64,000 nucleotides of DNA from Nymphaea colorata (lineage: Eukaryota), in contig NC_045138.2 of the NCBI RefSeq assembly GCF_008831285.2, forward strand, positions 37,324,001 through 37,388,000. Reading direction: 5' to 3'. The first letter of the stretch is position 1. Each line of letters starts with the position of its first letter. The notes under the pieces were generated by a model, which saw only the letters and a program-made list of their open reading frames with translations, had not been told where the DNA came from and ran no database searches. Made by a program: the position numbers and the translations under genes. Positions 62,996 through 64,000 of the stretch are shown piece after piece.

Positions 62996-64000
62996 ATGTC
63001 TCTGGTTGACTATGCATCGTCTTCGGACGAGGAATCAGATAAAGAAGAAGGAGAAGAAGAAAGAGGAGGAGGAGGAGAAGATAAAGGACGCGCAGGACCA
63101 AGGCCGAACCCTAGCACTCTTTCCTCGCACTCGAATCGGTACGTCTTCCTCTTCTCTTTTTCACGAGTCATGATCGATATTTTTTGTCCTGGCTGGTCGA
63201 ATTAAAGGATTGCTATTGCCTGTCGGAGAATCTGTTTTCCAAGTCGATGAGATATTAAGATGAGTGTGTTCTTCTGGCGCCTTCTAGCTTTCGCGTCTGG
63301 GTGCTGTAGTTTTCTGTGGTTCTTTTTCTATATATTTACATGTTTTTTTTTCTGTTGGGTTTGGTTTATTTTCTCGTGTGAATTTGAGAATTCTTGCGGC
63401 CATCTATCTCCTTAGGAGTTTTCTTAGTTGTTGTAGATAGTGAGGTTCTTCTTGCATAAGGGATTTGTTCTGCAGTTGGACGACGTTGAATGTAGAAAGG
63501 TTCCTCCATTTCCTTTTCTTTTGTGACTTAAATCTTCTTGTACTAGGCGAGTTATGCGTATGACGAATTTGTTCGATTTTAGAATTGGGGAATTGATGGT
63601 GAAAATTTCTGTCTTTTTTCATTCTATTTGATTCTTTAACTGTTATCTTTTGTTCGAGAAATTGGTCCTGTTTTATGTGTTCTTCCTTTTTCCCTTTCAC
63701 TTGTTGAGGCTGCTAGGTGGGTGAACTGAAGTGCGGTGGGATTGGCGAAGGAATGTGACTGACTCCAGAATTACTTGATTATATATTTCAGGAACCCGGT
63801 TGCTTCATCACGCCAGGATCAGGCACCAAATTCATCTCAACGAACAATTCAAAGGCTCCCTGATGTCTCTCAACTTCTTGATTCGCCTTCGTTTACGCCG
63901 GATCAACTGAATGGCGGCGATCATTCCTCCCGGGTAGCCGCTGCTATGGCTGCACGTGAGCTGAAGAAGCGAGAGTCAAATGGTTCACTTCCTTCGCTAC
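62996..64000 (+). CDS. Uncharacterised plant protein, 5' part (continues beyond the right edge)
   Basis: Exon 62996-63138 (MSLVDYASSSDEESDKEEGEEE...), preceded by a (CT)n 5' UTR. A phase-2 intron leads to an exon from 63792 that is open to the window end (...RLPDVSQLLDSP...DHSSRVAAAMAARELKKRESNG). Confidence 0.8.

Noticed and set aside
1..64000. CRISPR arrays, rRNA, tRNA, known miRNA or snoRNA genes
   Set aside because: None recognised. Tandem repeats have only 2-3 units without unique spacers, and the only tRNA-like boxes belong to the SINE. Covariance-model searches were not possible.

Overview
Eukaryotic (flowering-plant) nuclear DNA: AT-rich, gene-dense, with GT-AG introns, so the ORF track shows only exon fragments. 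I rebuilt 11 spliced genes by hand. In order: eIF3e (minus strand, runs off the left edge); a tandem array of four secreted alpha-carbonic anhydrases (plus strand, 8.5-27.1 kb); S-formylglutathione hydrolase (minus); cytosolic NAD-dependent glycerol-3-phosphate dehydrogenase (plus); a saccharopine-dehydrogenase-like protein (minus); a ~102-aa coiled-coil microprotein missed by the ORF track (plus); a TPT-family nucleotide-sugar transporter, UUAT1-like (plus); and the 5' part of an uncharacterised protein (plus, runs off the right edge). Non-coding features include a tRNA-derived SINE with a 12-bp target-site duplication, a two-copy MITE-like repeat, two long foldback hairpins in promoters, tandem duplications and microsatellites. 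Most interesting: (1) alpha-CA copy 2 carries an extra frame-symmetric exon of His/Pro/charged repeats, with a same-phase splice donor inside each repeat unit; (2) the microprotein resembles the N-terminal leucine-zipper of metazoan AIMP1/ArgRS and has a telo-box promoter; (3) patchy identity and promoter remodelling within the CA array. Family and orthologue assignments come from recalled sequences, not database searches. The species cannot be determined from the sequence alone.
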